A program made the translations under genes and the position numbers. Positions 40,101-48,151 of a stretch of 64,000 nt of DNA are shown here, piece by piece. The notes under the pieces are model-generated. The model was not told the origin of the DNA and searched no databases. It saw only the letters and a program-made list of their open reading frames with translations. Positions within the stretch are counted from its first letter, which is position 1; each line of letters begins with the position of its first letter. This stretch comes from Candidatus Krumholzibacteriia bacterium (GTDB lineage: Bacteria; Krumholzibacteriota; Krumholzibacteriia; LZORAL124-64-63): contig JADGDU010000015.1 of NCBI GenBank assembly GCA_016744705.1, forward strand, positions 49,263 to 113,262. The letters run 5' to 3'.

Positions 40101-41066
40101 CGGCTGAAAGCCCTGCGCCACACCATGCGCCTTAACAGCAGCTACAGCCTTTCTCCCGGCCTCGGTGGGGGCAAGCAAAACCATAGCACCAGCATTTCAC
40201 TCACTATGAACAACCGCCTGGATTTGAAATATCTCTCTGGTGCTGCCGACACCACCCTGACGGAGAAGAAGCTGGATGGTTTGTTTGACTGGTCACTGAG
40301 CACCAATTACAGCCCCAAAAATGAACCAGGTGACCGCTGGGGAAACATTAATAGTGGATTGTCCATCCAACCGGGACAGAGCCGCGCTTTGCGTTTGAAA
40401 GTTACCAATTCCATCGACCCTAAAAATCTGGCTTTAATCTCCACTCGTTTCACTTATGGACTGAGTTTCTCTGGCCGGGCCGATGTAGGACCCGTGCCCC
40501 AGGAAGCTGTGCCGGAACGTAACAGGAGGCTGGATCAATTGGGTGTGGAGATGGGGGCTCCCGTTGATTCTCTGGCCATAGAAGACGAATTCCTGGACCA
40601 GGGATATGAAGACGATCCGGAAGAGTTTTTCGATGGTGAAGAGAGTTCATTTTACGATTTCTACAATCGCCAGGGGCGCCAAGGCGAGGGAAAAGATGAG
40701 GATCCCACCGAAGGGGGACGTTTCATTCCCTTCAATATGAATGCCTCGTTTTCTTACAGCTACAACAACGACACTCACACCCGGCGGGCCACCACCAACA
40801 TGGGCGTAACGGCGACCTTGACCAAAAGCTGGAAATTTAATTACACCGGATCCTTTGATTTGGTCACCGGGGCTCCCACCCGTCAGCAGTATGGGTTGAA
40901 AAAAGACCTTCATTGCTGGGCTCTTGAGTTCAACCGGACCGTCAGCAACGTAAATTCCGAATTTGGATTCCGAATTTACCTGAAATCCATTCCGGCGCTG
41001 AAAATGACCCGGGGACAGGAAGGCAGCATGGGGGCCCTGGGCAGCGGCTTGAGCGGCGGGTTCTAA
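37113..41066 (+). CDS. lptD: LPS-assembly outer-membrane protein LptD (extended N-terminal OstA-like beta-jellyroll repeats + C-terminal beta-barrel)
   Basis: A signal peptide is present. There are tandem OstA-like modules (GNVFIDRDSLTAAADTVRHY...). The barrel-region stretch 'CDARMTSCDLEEPHYHFWADKMKM...PVFALPFYFKSLKEGRQSGILFPSFDFGWSS...YYWATNDNMDF' is collinear with E. coli LptD 'C..C...[23 protein letters not shown]...YYWNIAPNMD'. The ATG overlaps the ROK stop by 1 nt. Confidence 0.75.
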   Translation: MKNSGGSHFFRTLTGLFRFVLMPSLVMMILVGLWPPTWSAAAESKDKPQPTLRRTRIDADRSIDRMVNGERITFLLGNVFIDRDSLTAAADTVRHYRDRDVYEFLGSVVLTRDDGVLTCLRAFHNQAEGTSDFYGDVRLTEGDVIGTGLKGESRSDGRFFKLINEALLVTPDYTVRGDTIIRDRQDGTGEAFGNVRIMEPGSLNLVTGEHAFFDGETDLAEVDINPVMTSRETEGSLLVSRARVMRFFRAENKVVMIDSVRIHQDQTLAVADTAIAYGREHMVLTGNPRVNMSDSNTMIGDRIEFFYLEGKLDRVILVGSARMEDSTPDSLAAIYKGLPRMDILEGDSISIQFVDEEIHQSVVVGSAHSLYTPMDLNDEVATNDVTGDTITIDFKNRRVGRVHVVGNMSGNYRFAKLAAMRDMLGQSERLVDMLRRSSQDSTAFADSLLAAGVDTSVVALADSLIIAYADSLTGVLGMASFLNPEAAPAMAANAIDSLMTAAMDSLASAGYDTTASGLDFIANAEDVRYTGRSVDFEMDKKSIDILDNAVLEFGTMKLSAQHINLSTVDRELYAEGDPLIEDSEDIAGYQMGYDFANRTGAVKRGVTSFDGYFYVGDEIQRFPDTTLKICDARMTSCDLEEPHYHFWADKMKMRMGDKVVAKPIALHIGKVPVFALPFYFKSLKEGRQSGILFPSFDFGWSSRDGRYIRDFGYYWATNDNMDFVFEADYNERKDFAYRVSNRYVKRYAFNGGFDYSKKISLGDTEREEWQFRWNHNQPILFDDYKFRSDVRMASTSLSTNDLSGNNDRDVVSGEMKSSMYLSRNYSFMSSSLDASRKEYVNAEDDDDATDAALYNMTLPSMSFNFREFNLAKALRGGEQGSFLGNMARNTSFKQGYSVKMYQSGYELHKERNYDAGGNWSLALRPPRVSIFNVNFSASAGHSWNRDSSYGQFYVEDTDTTGHLEDYDTVTEETNSNVRFSAGLGTNLYGTFPLNVGRLKALRHTMRLNSSYSLSPGLGGGKQNHSTSISLTMNNRLDLKYLSGAADTTLTEKKLDGLFDWSLSTNYSPKNEPGDRWGNINSGLSIQPGQSRALRLKVTNSIDPKNLALISTRFTYGLSFSGRADVGPVPQEAVPERNRRLDQLGVEMGAPVDSLAIEDEFLDQGYEDDPEEFFDGEESSFYDFYNRQGRQGEGKDEDPTEGGRFIPFNMNASFSYSYNNDTHTRRATTNMGVTATLTKSWKFNYTGSFDLVTGAPTRQQYGLKKDLHCWALEFNRTVSNVNSEFGFRIYLKSIPALKMTRGQEGSMGALGSGLSGGF

Positions 41067-41133
41067 ATTTTACGATTCTAAAAAGCGACCCCTCAAAAAA
41101 CCGCATCAGCCCTGGACATTCTGCGAATAAAGG

Positions 41134-41165
41134 GTTGACAACCTTCGGGATCATTGGGTAAATGA
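41134..41165 (+). promoter_or_regulatory. Possible sigma70-type promoter for hupB (TTGACA -35)
   Basis: TTGACA at 41134, followed by ~17 nt and then a weak GTAAAT. The -10 element is poor. Confidence 0.25.
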
Positions 41166-41187
41166 GGCAACGAAAGGGGTTGAGAAA

Positions 41188-41481
41188 ATGAATAAAACAG
41201 AACTCACCGACAAACTGGCTAAGCAAACGGGAATGTCCAAAGCAGATTCCAAGCGGGCTATTGACGCAATCTTTTCCACCGCACCGCGGGAGGGAATCAT
41301 TGCCAGCGCCGTGTCTAAGGGTGACCGAGTCCAAATTACTGGTTTCGGAACGTTCGAACGACGCAAGCGTAAAAAACGCAATGGTCGCAATCCCCAAACT
41401 GGTGAAACCATCGTGATCGCCGCAGCAAAATACCCTGCTTTCGTGGCGGGCAAAAGCTTGAAGGAACGAATCCAGAAGTAG
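41188..41481 (+). CDS. hup: DNA-binding protein HU
   Basis: MNKTELTDKLAKQTGMSKADSKRAIDAIF...ITGFGTFERRKR...GRNPQTGETI is canonical HU/IHF. Confidence 0.9.
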   Translation: MNKTELTDKLAKQTGMSKADSKRAIDAIFSTAPREGIIASAVSKGDRVQITGFGTFERRKRKKRNGRNPQTGETIVIAAAKYPAFVAGKSLKERIQK

Positions 41482-41507
41482 GAATCGTTGATCCCTGATA
41501 GCCACAG

Positions 41508-41541
41508 ATGAGACGAGAAAGGGTGGTGTTGACCGCCCTTT
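41508..41541 (+). terminator. Rho-independent terminator after hup
   Basis: gaaagggtgg-tgttga-ccgccctttc followed by tttttttt. Confidence 0.7.
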
Positions 41542-41565
41542 CTTTTTTTTGTAATTCCTGACAGT

Positions 41566-41594
41566 TGCCCTGCTCAGGTTGAGCATTTATAATA
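41566..41594 (+). promoter_or_regulatory. Near-consensus sigma70-like promoter (TTGCCC -17 nt- TATAAT) upstream of the phosphatase-like/cytochrome gene
   Basis: ttgccc tgctcaggttgagcatt tataat, located ~95 nt upstream of ATG 41687. Confidence 0.4.
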
Positions 41595-41686
41595 CTCAGT
41601 GGGAACTTACTGCCGCCGATGGTATTGGATCATGAGTCCTGTGCCCGCGTGGCATTATTAACAGATTTCATGGGAAAGGTTTGGAT

Positions 41687-43060
41687 ATGATCAAGCTTAA
41701 GGGTTTGTCGGGCCTATTGGGTCTGGCGACATTAGCCCTGTTGTTGCTCTCAGTGGCCTCTGGGCCAGGAGAAAGCACTGACGGCACTGTTTTTGCTGCC
41801 GAAGGCGGAAATTGGAAAAACGTCACGGTGTTGTACTTAAACGACGTGAAGGGGAAAATAGAACCCTGTGGCTGAAAGTCTAAGCAGCGTGGCGGGGTTG
41901 CCCGGAGGGCGACCTACTTTGACTCTGTTTGGAATGAAGACGTGCCTGTTCTCATGGTCGACGGCGGTGACCTTTTTGGTCGCCGTAATAGAAACGAACA
42001 GCACCAGACCCGTTTCCTGTGTGAATGCACAGCTGATTTCGGATACGATGGCATCGGCCTTGGTGAGGCCGACCTGAACTATGGTCTGCCATTTTTGATG
42101 GAAATGATTGAGAAATACGATTTGCCTTTCACCAATGCGAACGTGGTCAACCGGGAGACGGGCGAACTGATCCTTCCCGAATACCTGGTTGTGGAGAAAA
42201 ATGGCGTCAAATTTGGTTTGGTCAGTGTGCTGGGTGAAAACTATAAAATTATCACCATGACGGACACCGACAGCGGACTGGATGTTAAGGACCCTGTGGC
42301 TACTTTGCGTGCCTTGCTGCCTCGCATGCGTGAGGAAGTGGATACCGTAGTCTTGCTGGGGCATTTGGGTGAAGGCAATACCGACACGGTGCTGCGTGAG
42401 GTCAAGGGTATCGATGTCTGTGTCATGGGACACTCTCATCGTACTTTGAAAAACGAACGCATCGTGGAAGATACGATTGTACTGGGTGCGCCCCACGAAG
42501 GTCGTTATGTGGGCCGGGCCAATATCTTCATCGAAGAGTCTGACGGCAGAGTCATGGCTGTGGATGTGGAATTGACCAGTCTGGATGATGCTGTGGAACA
42601 CGAGCCAGATATGTATGCCCGGGTTCAGGATTATCATGCCAGTTTCGAAGAATTTAAGCTGGCCAAGCGAGCGGCCTTTCCCAGAGATTTGGGATCTGAA
42701 AAAGAAACATATCTGGGTGCCCGGTCCTGTAAAAGCTGCCATGAGGATACTTGGGAAGCCTATACGGCCTCCTCTCATAGCCAGGCTTACACGACCATCC
42801 GGAAAAAGGGTCAAAACAACGAGCCGGAATGCATTCTTTGTCATACCACGGGGTACCGCTACCAAAACGGGTATTCTGAAGAGCGTCCTTTCAACCAACT
42901 GGTGAATGTGCAGTGTGAATCCTGTCACGGCTACGGCACTGAGCACTCCAGAGATGGCAAATGGCGGGCTCAGGCTCAGGATGCCTGTATCACATGTCAC
43001 GACCAGGAAAACAGTCCCGAGTTTGATTACACTACTTATTGGGAAAAAATCAAACACTAG
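41687..43060 (+). CDS. Secreted fusion: degenerate 5'-nucleotidase/calcineurin-like metallophosphatase domain + C-terminal tetra-haem cytochrome c. The single reading frame is interrupted by an in-frame TGA at 41873-41875 (selenocysteine candidate or disruption)
   Basis: The signal peptide MIKLKGLSGLLGLATLALLLLSVASG is followed by 'VTVLYLNDVKGKIEPCG-TGA-KSKQRGGVARRATYFDSVWNEDVPVLMVDGGDLFG', which is collinear with the 5'-NT 'HTNDxHGxLEP...GGxARxAT...DAGD'. The ORF-track entries 41681 and 41942 are in the same frame. A 'GHSH' motif is retained. The C-terminus has 4x CxxCH (CKSCH, CILCH, CESCH, CITCH). Confidence 0.55.
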
Positions 43061-43081
43061 CGTTCTGTAAGAAAGAGTGTC

Positions 43082-43921
43082 TTGAAAACAAAACTCACTC
43101 CAGGGAACGGTCGACCATTGTTGTCGGCCGTTCCTTTCATGGGGGCTTTAGCTCTCGTATTAATGATTCTGCCGGCTGCTCCAGCAGTGGCTCTGGACCT
43201 GTTCACTTTGTGGCGGCAACCAGAGATCCCCCTGCGCTTGGAAGAGGGCAGTTGGGTCGATTACCGCAGCCAGGTTATGGCCGGCGGACGCAGGGAAGAA
43301 GGCCTCACCCGAGTCTCCTGCCTGACGAAGGCCGATGGTTCTGATGAAGATACTTTTCTTTTAGAAATATTGCCTTTGCAGGAACCGGAAGATCGCGTCC
43401 TGATGCCCATACCAGGCCAGGGTGCCCAGGTCCGTGTATCGCGTGATGTGTTAAAACGGGAGGGTGCATTGATGGCGGCTATTGTCTCGGTGCACCATTG
43501 GCAGGACGGCGTCTCTCAGGAGATCACTCCTGAAGAGTTGCGGGACGACCCCATGATTTCCACCACCTTTACCAGTGACTTTGTACCAGATGAAGTGAGC
43601 AACCAGCAATCCACCACCCGGATTGTAAGGGGGCACCAGATGGTTTGCCGCCAGTGGGTCCTGGCCAGTGCCGACACCCAGAGTGTCGTGATGCCCGCGG
43701 GGAACATGAATCAAATCTCCACTCGGGAAATTGCTGCCGCGGTGAATGAAGAGGTTCCCTTTTTGGGTTTGGCTTACGCTTCAGAGCGGGTGCGCTCAGT
43801 TTCCTCTCTCGATCCTCCAAATAAAAGGATACCAGTGCCCCCTGCCCGAATTCGGGTGGAAGTGATGGAATTGGTCGGGTTTGGCTTTGATGCAGTGCCT
43901 CATCTTACGGGTGGGGATTGA
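43082..43921 (+). CDS. Secreted hypothetical protein
   Basis: The ORF is 279 aa. The likely start is at the ATG giving MGALALVLMILPAAPAVA (signal peptide). No recognised domain. Confidence 0.35.
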   Translation: MKTKLTPGNGRPLLSAVPFMGALALVLMILPAAPAVALDLFTLWRQPEIPLRLEEGSWVDYRSQVMAGGRREEGLTRVSCLTKADGSDEDTFLLEILPLQEPEDRVLMPIPGQGAQVRVSRDVLKREGALMAAIVSVHHWQDGVSQEITPEELRDDPMISTTFTSDFVPDEVSNQQSTTRIVRGHQMVCRQWVLASADTQSVVMPAGNMNQISTREIAAAVNEEVPFLGLAYASERVRSVSSLDPPNKRIPVPPARIRVEVMELVGFGFDAVPHLTGGD

Positions 43922-43954
43922 CCCCACAGGCCTATCTGTGCTATACTCCCCATT

Positions 43955-44800
43955 ATGTTATCCAGTGATCTCAAACAGTTTCGGTCCGAGGCGCATGAAT
44001 TCCTCCTCGGCCAAAAGAAGCCTCTACCCACTCCGGCCATAGCCCGGTGCCTTTTTGGTGCCCGTCGTCACGAAATGCCCGAAACCCAGGTGGTGGTGCG
44101 AGCCTTGCTGAAGGCCGACCCCCGTTTCGTGGAAACTCATGACCATTGCTGGACGGTGATGGGCTCCAGCATACTGCAGCAAAATCTGGATGATGCCACC
44201 TACGCCATCGTCGATTTGGAAACCACCGGTAGTGTGATCGGGGTGGATGAAATCATTGAAATTGGCATGGTGATCATGCAGGGCAATGAAATCATCGACC
44301 GTTTTGAGACTCTGGTCTGGAGCGACCGCACCATCCCACCCTGGGTGGCACGGCTGACCGGTATCAACAACCGTGATCTGGAAGGGGCTCCTACCTTTTC
44401 TGATGTGGCCGAAACTGTAGCCACCATGCTGGACGGAAATATCTTTGTTGCTCACGACATCCGTTTCGACCTGCCGTTCCTGAGTTGGGAATTTGCACGC
44501 CGGGGTGTGGTGCGCCCTGCGGTCACTGGTTTGTGCACTCTCGAGCTTTCCCGTCAGTTGTGGCCCGACCTGGCCAGCCGGAGTTTGTCAGAGTTGGCTC
44601 GCCATTTTGATGTGGCTCATGACAACCCTCATCGTGCTGGCGATGATGCCGAAGCCACCGCCGCCGTTCTGCAAACTGCCCTTAAGGATGTAAAGGCCAT
44701 GGGGTTGACCGACCTGGGAGATCTTTTCCGTGTGGAGCAGTTCCACAAACTCAAGGTTGTTGGGTCGGAAGTTCCTGCCAAACGCGCTGCTGAATCCTGA
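43955..44800 (+). CDS. DnaQ-like 3'-5' exonuclease (DEDDh, DNA pol III epsilon family) with ~75-aa N-terminal extension
   Basis: Exo I 'YAIVDLETTG', Exo II 'IFVAHDIRFDLPFL', Exo III 'HRAGDDAEATAAVL'. Confidence 0.75.
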   Translation: MLSSDLKQFRSEAHEFLLGQKKPLPTPAIARCLFGARRHEMPETQVVVRALLKADPRFVETHDHCWTVMGSSILQQNLDDATYAIVDLETTGSVIGVDEIIEIGMVIMQGNEIIDRFETLVWSDRTIPPWVARLTGINNRDLEGAPTFSDVAETVATMLDGNIFVAHDIRFDLPFLSWEFARRGVVRPAVTGLCTLELSRQLWPDLASRSLSELARHFDVAHDNPHRAGDDAEATAAVLQTALKDVKAMGLTDLGDLFRVEQFHKLKVVGSEVPAKRAAES

Positions 44801-44845
44801 TATTTTTCCTTCTGTATTTTTTCAACAAAAAATCTTCCCAACGGG

Positions 44846-44874
44846 TTGACTATCTCGGGACTTTGTAATAAGAT
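44846..44874 (+). promoter_or_regulatory. Candidate sigma70-like promoter (TTGACT -17- TAAGAT)
   Basis: Read directly. It lies ~90 nt upstream of the small ORF at 44963. Confidence 0.3.
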
Positions 44875-44962
44875 GCGCTCGGATATATAACTACTGGCAC
44901 ATAAAGTTACTGCACGGATTTGCACAGCTGCCAGGACGCGGAATATCGACAAGGAGGATGCC

Positions 44963-45142
44963 ATGATCAGCGTCAAAGAAGATGGTTTGCTTGTAAGAGA
45001 TGAAAGTTTCGTGAAATACCGGCGCTTGCTTCGCCGGGCCGAGGACGAGGGTCGCATTGATGGTCCCTGCAAGTGCTTGGTTTGTGGTATGCGTTATCTC
45101 ACCAAAGATGAATCAGAAGCTTGCTGCCGCATCAATTCCTGA
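44963..45142 (+). CDS. Small (59 aa) Cys-rich protein (CxC...CxxC...CC), possible zinc-ribbon
   Basis: An AAGGAGG RBS lies 5 nt upstream of the ATG. The product is MISVKEDGLLVRDESFVKYRRLLRRAEDEGRIDGPCKCLVCGMRYLTKDESEACCRINS. It is absent from the ORF track (below 60 aa). Confidence 0.4.
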   Translation: MISVKEDGLLVRDESFVKYRRLLRRAEDEGRIDGPCKCLVCGMRYLTKDESEACCRINS

Positions 45143-45854
45143 CCCACATCTGAAGCGATATGGTTCGCCAATCGGAGTTGCTTTGAAGTCCCGACAGTTT
45201 TGTTCCGTCTGTAAGGAATGGCTGGATATGGAAGTCGTCCCTACCAATGATGGGGACGACGATGATGGTGTTGTCTGGTATCGCTGTCCGCAGTGCCAGG
45301 GGTTCTTGCCAAAGCTGAAGGGTGCCACCGAATCCGAAGAGAAGCCTCAGAAGGCTGAGACGGCGGATACCCCGGCTGAGCCTACGGCCCCTGAAGCCGA
45401 TCGCTGGGACAGCCCTGCCGCCATGATGCAGGATTTGAAAGATTCTCCCGCTTCCGCCTTTTCCATGCAGGAATCATCAGATGAACCAGATTCTGATGAC
45501 GATGTTCTGGTGGGTACGGTTAAGGCAGATACGCCGGAACCGAAGACCGAGCCTGTGGTTGAAGATCCACCTGAAGTTCAGGAAGATATAGAACCGGTCA
45601 AAGAAGACGAGCCTGCCAAGGATGTGGAACCCGTCCTGGAATATGCCGCCATGTTGGCCGAACTGGATGTGACCGAGGCGGCACCCTACCGACCCTGGGC
45701 AACCTATGAGGTGGGGCAATGCATCAATCATCTGGCCTGGAACGATTGCGGAGTGGTGGTAGCCAAGGAAGATCTTCCCGGCGGCCGCAAAATTATCAAA
45801 TGTTACTTCGAAGAAGCGGGCGTGGTGCGCTTGATCGAAAAGGCTCCTCGTTGA
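45057..45854 (+). CDS. Hypothetical protein: N-terminal zinc ribbon (CSVC...CPQC), acidic low-complexity linker, conserved C-terminal domain
   Basis: The ORF-track start at 45057 overlaps the small Cys-rich ORF in another frame. The true start is probably downstream (e.g. TTG ~45175), but must precede 'CSVCKEW' if the ribbon is intact. The D/E/P-rich linker is 'DEPDSDDDVLVGT...EPVKEDEPAKDVEPV'. Confidence 0.45.
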   Translation: MMVPASAWFVVCVISPKMNQKLAAASIPDPHLKRYGSPIGVALKSRQFCSVCKEWLDMEVVPTNDGDDDDGVVWYRCPQCQGFLPKLKGATESEEKPQKAETADTPAEPTAPEADRWDSPAAMMQDLKDSPASAFSMQESSDEPDSDDDVLVGTVKADTPEPKTEPVVEDPPEVQEDIEPVKEDEPAKDVEPVLEYAAMLAELDVTEAAPYRPWATYEVGQCINHLAWNDCGVVVAKEDLPGGRKIIKCYFEEAGVVRLIEKAPR

Positions 45855-46747
45855 GCCGGCTTTTGCGTCTGGGGATCACTGTTCTCGGGGCGCTGCTCCT
45901 ATTAACTGTCGTATTGACGGACCCTCTCCATGCCCAGATGCTTTATCTGGATGATATGCCTTTTTCCACCCCCGCCGATTCCACTTCCCGTCTGGCCTTA
46001 AAAGCCGACTTCAGCCGTTTCGAAGACCAAAAATTCAACTGGTCTGTGAACCGCCTTTTGATAAGCATCATGCTGCCCGCCGGTGAGGAGGGCTCGTTTT
46101 TTATACGCATGCCTTTCACCTCCTTTGATACGGGGAACGTAGGGCTCTTTTCCCGCTGGCCATGGGTCCAGGGAATCTCCGAGGATGAAGGGTGGCCCAA
46201 CGGCCAGCGCATCACCAGCTTGGGGCAACCGGAAATTGGAGCCACTGGGCCCACCGGTTTTTCTTTTCTGCCGCAATGGTATTACAGCGTTGCCTTGGGT
46301 TTGCCTGTGGGGACCGATCGTCTCTACCCCTTCGGGTCCGTCAGCATGCCTTTGCGGTTGGAGATGAGGAAAATCATTCCCTGGGGAGCCAGCAAACAGA
46401 TCGGCCTGACTGTGGGCTCACTGATCAATATGCAATCGGCCAAAGACTATCTGGATGGCGAAGAGGCCTTCCCCAGTGGGCCCCATGTGGGCGGCGTGCT
46501 GAACTGGTTTCAGGGCCGGGGTTCGCGTTTGACCTTGTCATACGATTTTTACAGTAAAAATGGCCGGAAGTCTCAAATATTGGGAGTGGAGGCCTGGACA
46601 TCCTGGACCGATGACGGTTCGGTGGGGTTTAAGGTTGCCAGAGAATTACAAGGTTCCCTGGACCGTCCCGCAGCTTGGTATTTCACCATCTCGTTCCGTC
46701 TGGATAGCAACTCCCTCAGACCTTCCCAGGAAATTATTGCTCCCTGA
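45851..46747 (+). CDS. Secreted, probably outer-membrane beta-barrel-like hypothetical protein
   Basis: The TTG at 45851 (overlapping the upstream stop) gives MSRLLRLGITVLGALLLLTVVLTDPLHA|QMLYLD, a signal peptide. The body has alternating-hydrophobic beta-strand patterns (LTLSYDFY, WYFTISFRL). Confidence 0.4.
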   Translation: MSRLLRLGITVLGALLLLTVVLTDPLHAQMLYLDDMPFSTPADSTSRLALKADFSRFEDQKFNWSVNRLLISIMLPAGEEGSFFIRMPFTSFDTGNVGLFSRWPWVQGISEDEGWPNGQRITSLGQPEIGATGPTGFSFLPQWYYSVALGLPVGTDRLYPFGSVSMPLRLEMRKIIPWGASKQIGLTVGSLINMQSAKDYLDGEEAFPSGPHVGGVLNWFQGRGSRLTLSYDFYSKNGRKSQILGVEAWTSWTDDGSVGFKVARELQGSLDRPAAWYFTISFRLDSNSLRPSQEIIAP

Positions 46748-47009
46748 TTTTCTTTTTGATTGCGTTTTGCCCGCCTGAGTATCAACCGACCTTGTTTTTT
46801 TCCATAGTGTGCCCAAATGGACCCTGGAGCGCCATCATTCCTTGGGGTTCCTTATGATTCCCCAGAGGGTGGGGCGGTGGGTTGTCGTTCATCATAAGGC
46901 TTAGTTAATCAAGGACTTATGTCCGTCACGAATTGGGCATGGAGTTTGCGTTTTCCGGCATGTAGCTTGACTGGCATGTGGTCAATCAGCTTTTCAGGAT
47001 GGTGCCTTT

Positions 47010-48113
47010 GTGACTCATGTTCTTCTGGACAGAAACCTCGAAGCGGGAAAAAGCATTCGCCACTGGCTGGGCCGGTGGGGGATGACCATGGGAGAATTTG
47101 ATTCCCGCCCATCGAACGTCCAGTGGCCATCCATTCTGGCATGCGATTTGGTGATTCTGGGTTCTGGTGCCGCCGAAAAAATGGCAGCAGATCCAGTGTT
47201 GGCCGAATATGATTCTCTGGCGCCTGTTCTCCTGCTGGGCGTTCCTGGGTCCCTCCTCCTTCCCCGGGACGCCTGGCAGGCGCTGCCTCAATCGAATCCT
47301 GATTCCAACCAACTGCGATTGGCGCTGCAAACGTGTCTGGAAAAGTCAGCTTTGATGCGTCATGAAGCGGCATCAGGACAAGACCGTGAAGAATTCCTCT
47401 CCTTTCTGGGCCACGAAATGCGCAGTCCTCTGACGGCCACCAAAACGGCTTTGGAAGTTTTGCAGGGCGATCTTGGTGGTCTTGAATCGGACAACGGTGT
47501 CGCCAAACCCCATTTGAAAATGTTGGAAATTGCTCTGCGGAATGTGCGTCGTTTGCACCATACCGTGGAGTGGAGCCAGGAGCTGATGGCATCATCTCCT
47601 GTGCGTCAGAACCTTCAGCTTGGTCCTGTGGAAGGGGAACAACTGGCGGCAGCTCTGGGGAATAAGACTGCGACCCATTGGGACCCGGCTGCCACCCACT
47701 TGACGGTGCATACGGATGCCGATGGTCTGTCCATGGTCATGGAACAAGTGGACCGAGCCCTGCACTATGCCTTACCTCATTGCCGACCCTTGTGGAGTGC
47801 CCAATGCTCTGCTGAAACAGAGGGTGCCCTGAGCCTGACACTGTCTCCTGCCGTTGGCAGTGTTCAGGACGGGGCCCCTCGGGTTTCTCGTCTGGGATTG
47901 GCTTCAGCCACCGCCAAGGCTGATACGTCAGCCGGGGAGCTGGAACGATTGCTTCGGTTTGTCGTGTCTGGAGTTTTGGTGTCCTGTTTGGGAGTGAAGG
48001 TGGATGTGGTTCATCCAGAAGGAAATCTACCCGGAATCAGGATCCAGGTACCCGCAGCCAAGGAGGCAGTGGAAAAATATCCGACAGTTGGACAGTTGCT
48101 TACTCTGGCCTGA
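47010..48113 (+). CDS. Signalling protein with HisKA-like dimerisation/phosphoacceptor motif but no recognisable HATPase domain (REC-like N-terminus?)
   Basis: The H-box-like motif is 'EEFLSFLGHEMRSPLTATKTALEVL'. The C-terminal 200 aa lack N/G1/G2 boxes. The GTG start is at 47010. Confidence 0.5.
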   Translation: MTHVLLDRNLEAGKSIRHWLGRWGMTMGEFDSRPSNVQWPSILACDLVILGSGAAEKMAADPVLAEYDSLAPVLLLGVPGSLLLPRDAWQALPQSNPDSNQLRLALQTCLEKSALMRHEAASGQDREEFLSFLGHEMRSPLTATKTALEVLQGDLGGLESDNGVAKPHLKMLEIALRNVRRLHHTVEWSQELMASSPVRQNLQLGPVEGEQLAAALGNKTATHWDPAATHLTVHTDADGLSMVMEQVDRALHYALPHCRPLWSAQCSAETEGALSLTLSPAVGSVQDGAPRVSRLGLASATAKADTSAGELERLLRFVVSGVLVSCLGVKVDVVHPEGNLPGIRIQVPAAKEAVEKYPTVGQLLTLA

Positions 48114-48151
48114 GGTGTATTATCTGTGGGACGTGTGAGAGGGGATAAGCC

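Noticed and set aside
41876-41935. Possible bacterial SECIS hairpin downstream of the in-frame TGA
   Set aside because: Only a 4-bp GC stem with a GUUG loop (cggg-gttg-cccg) could be drawn. That is far weaker than the ~38-nt fdhF-type element. It is kept as a hypothesis in the findings but is not annotated as a feature.
43039-43344. ORF 43039-43344 and other short ORFs overlapping the 43082 gene in other frames
   Set aside because: They overlap a longer ORF with a plausible signal peptide and have no independent support.
46909-47595. Minus-strand 228-aa ORF overlapping the start of the HisKA-domain gene
   Set aside because: It overlaps a + strand gene carrying a convincing H-box. The minus ORF is P/R/G-rich with no motif, so it is likely spurious.
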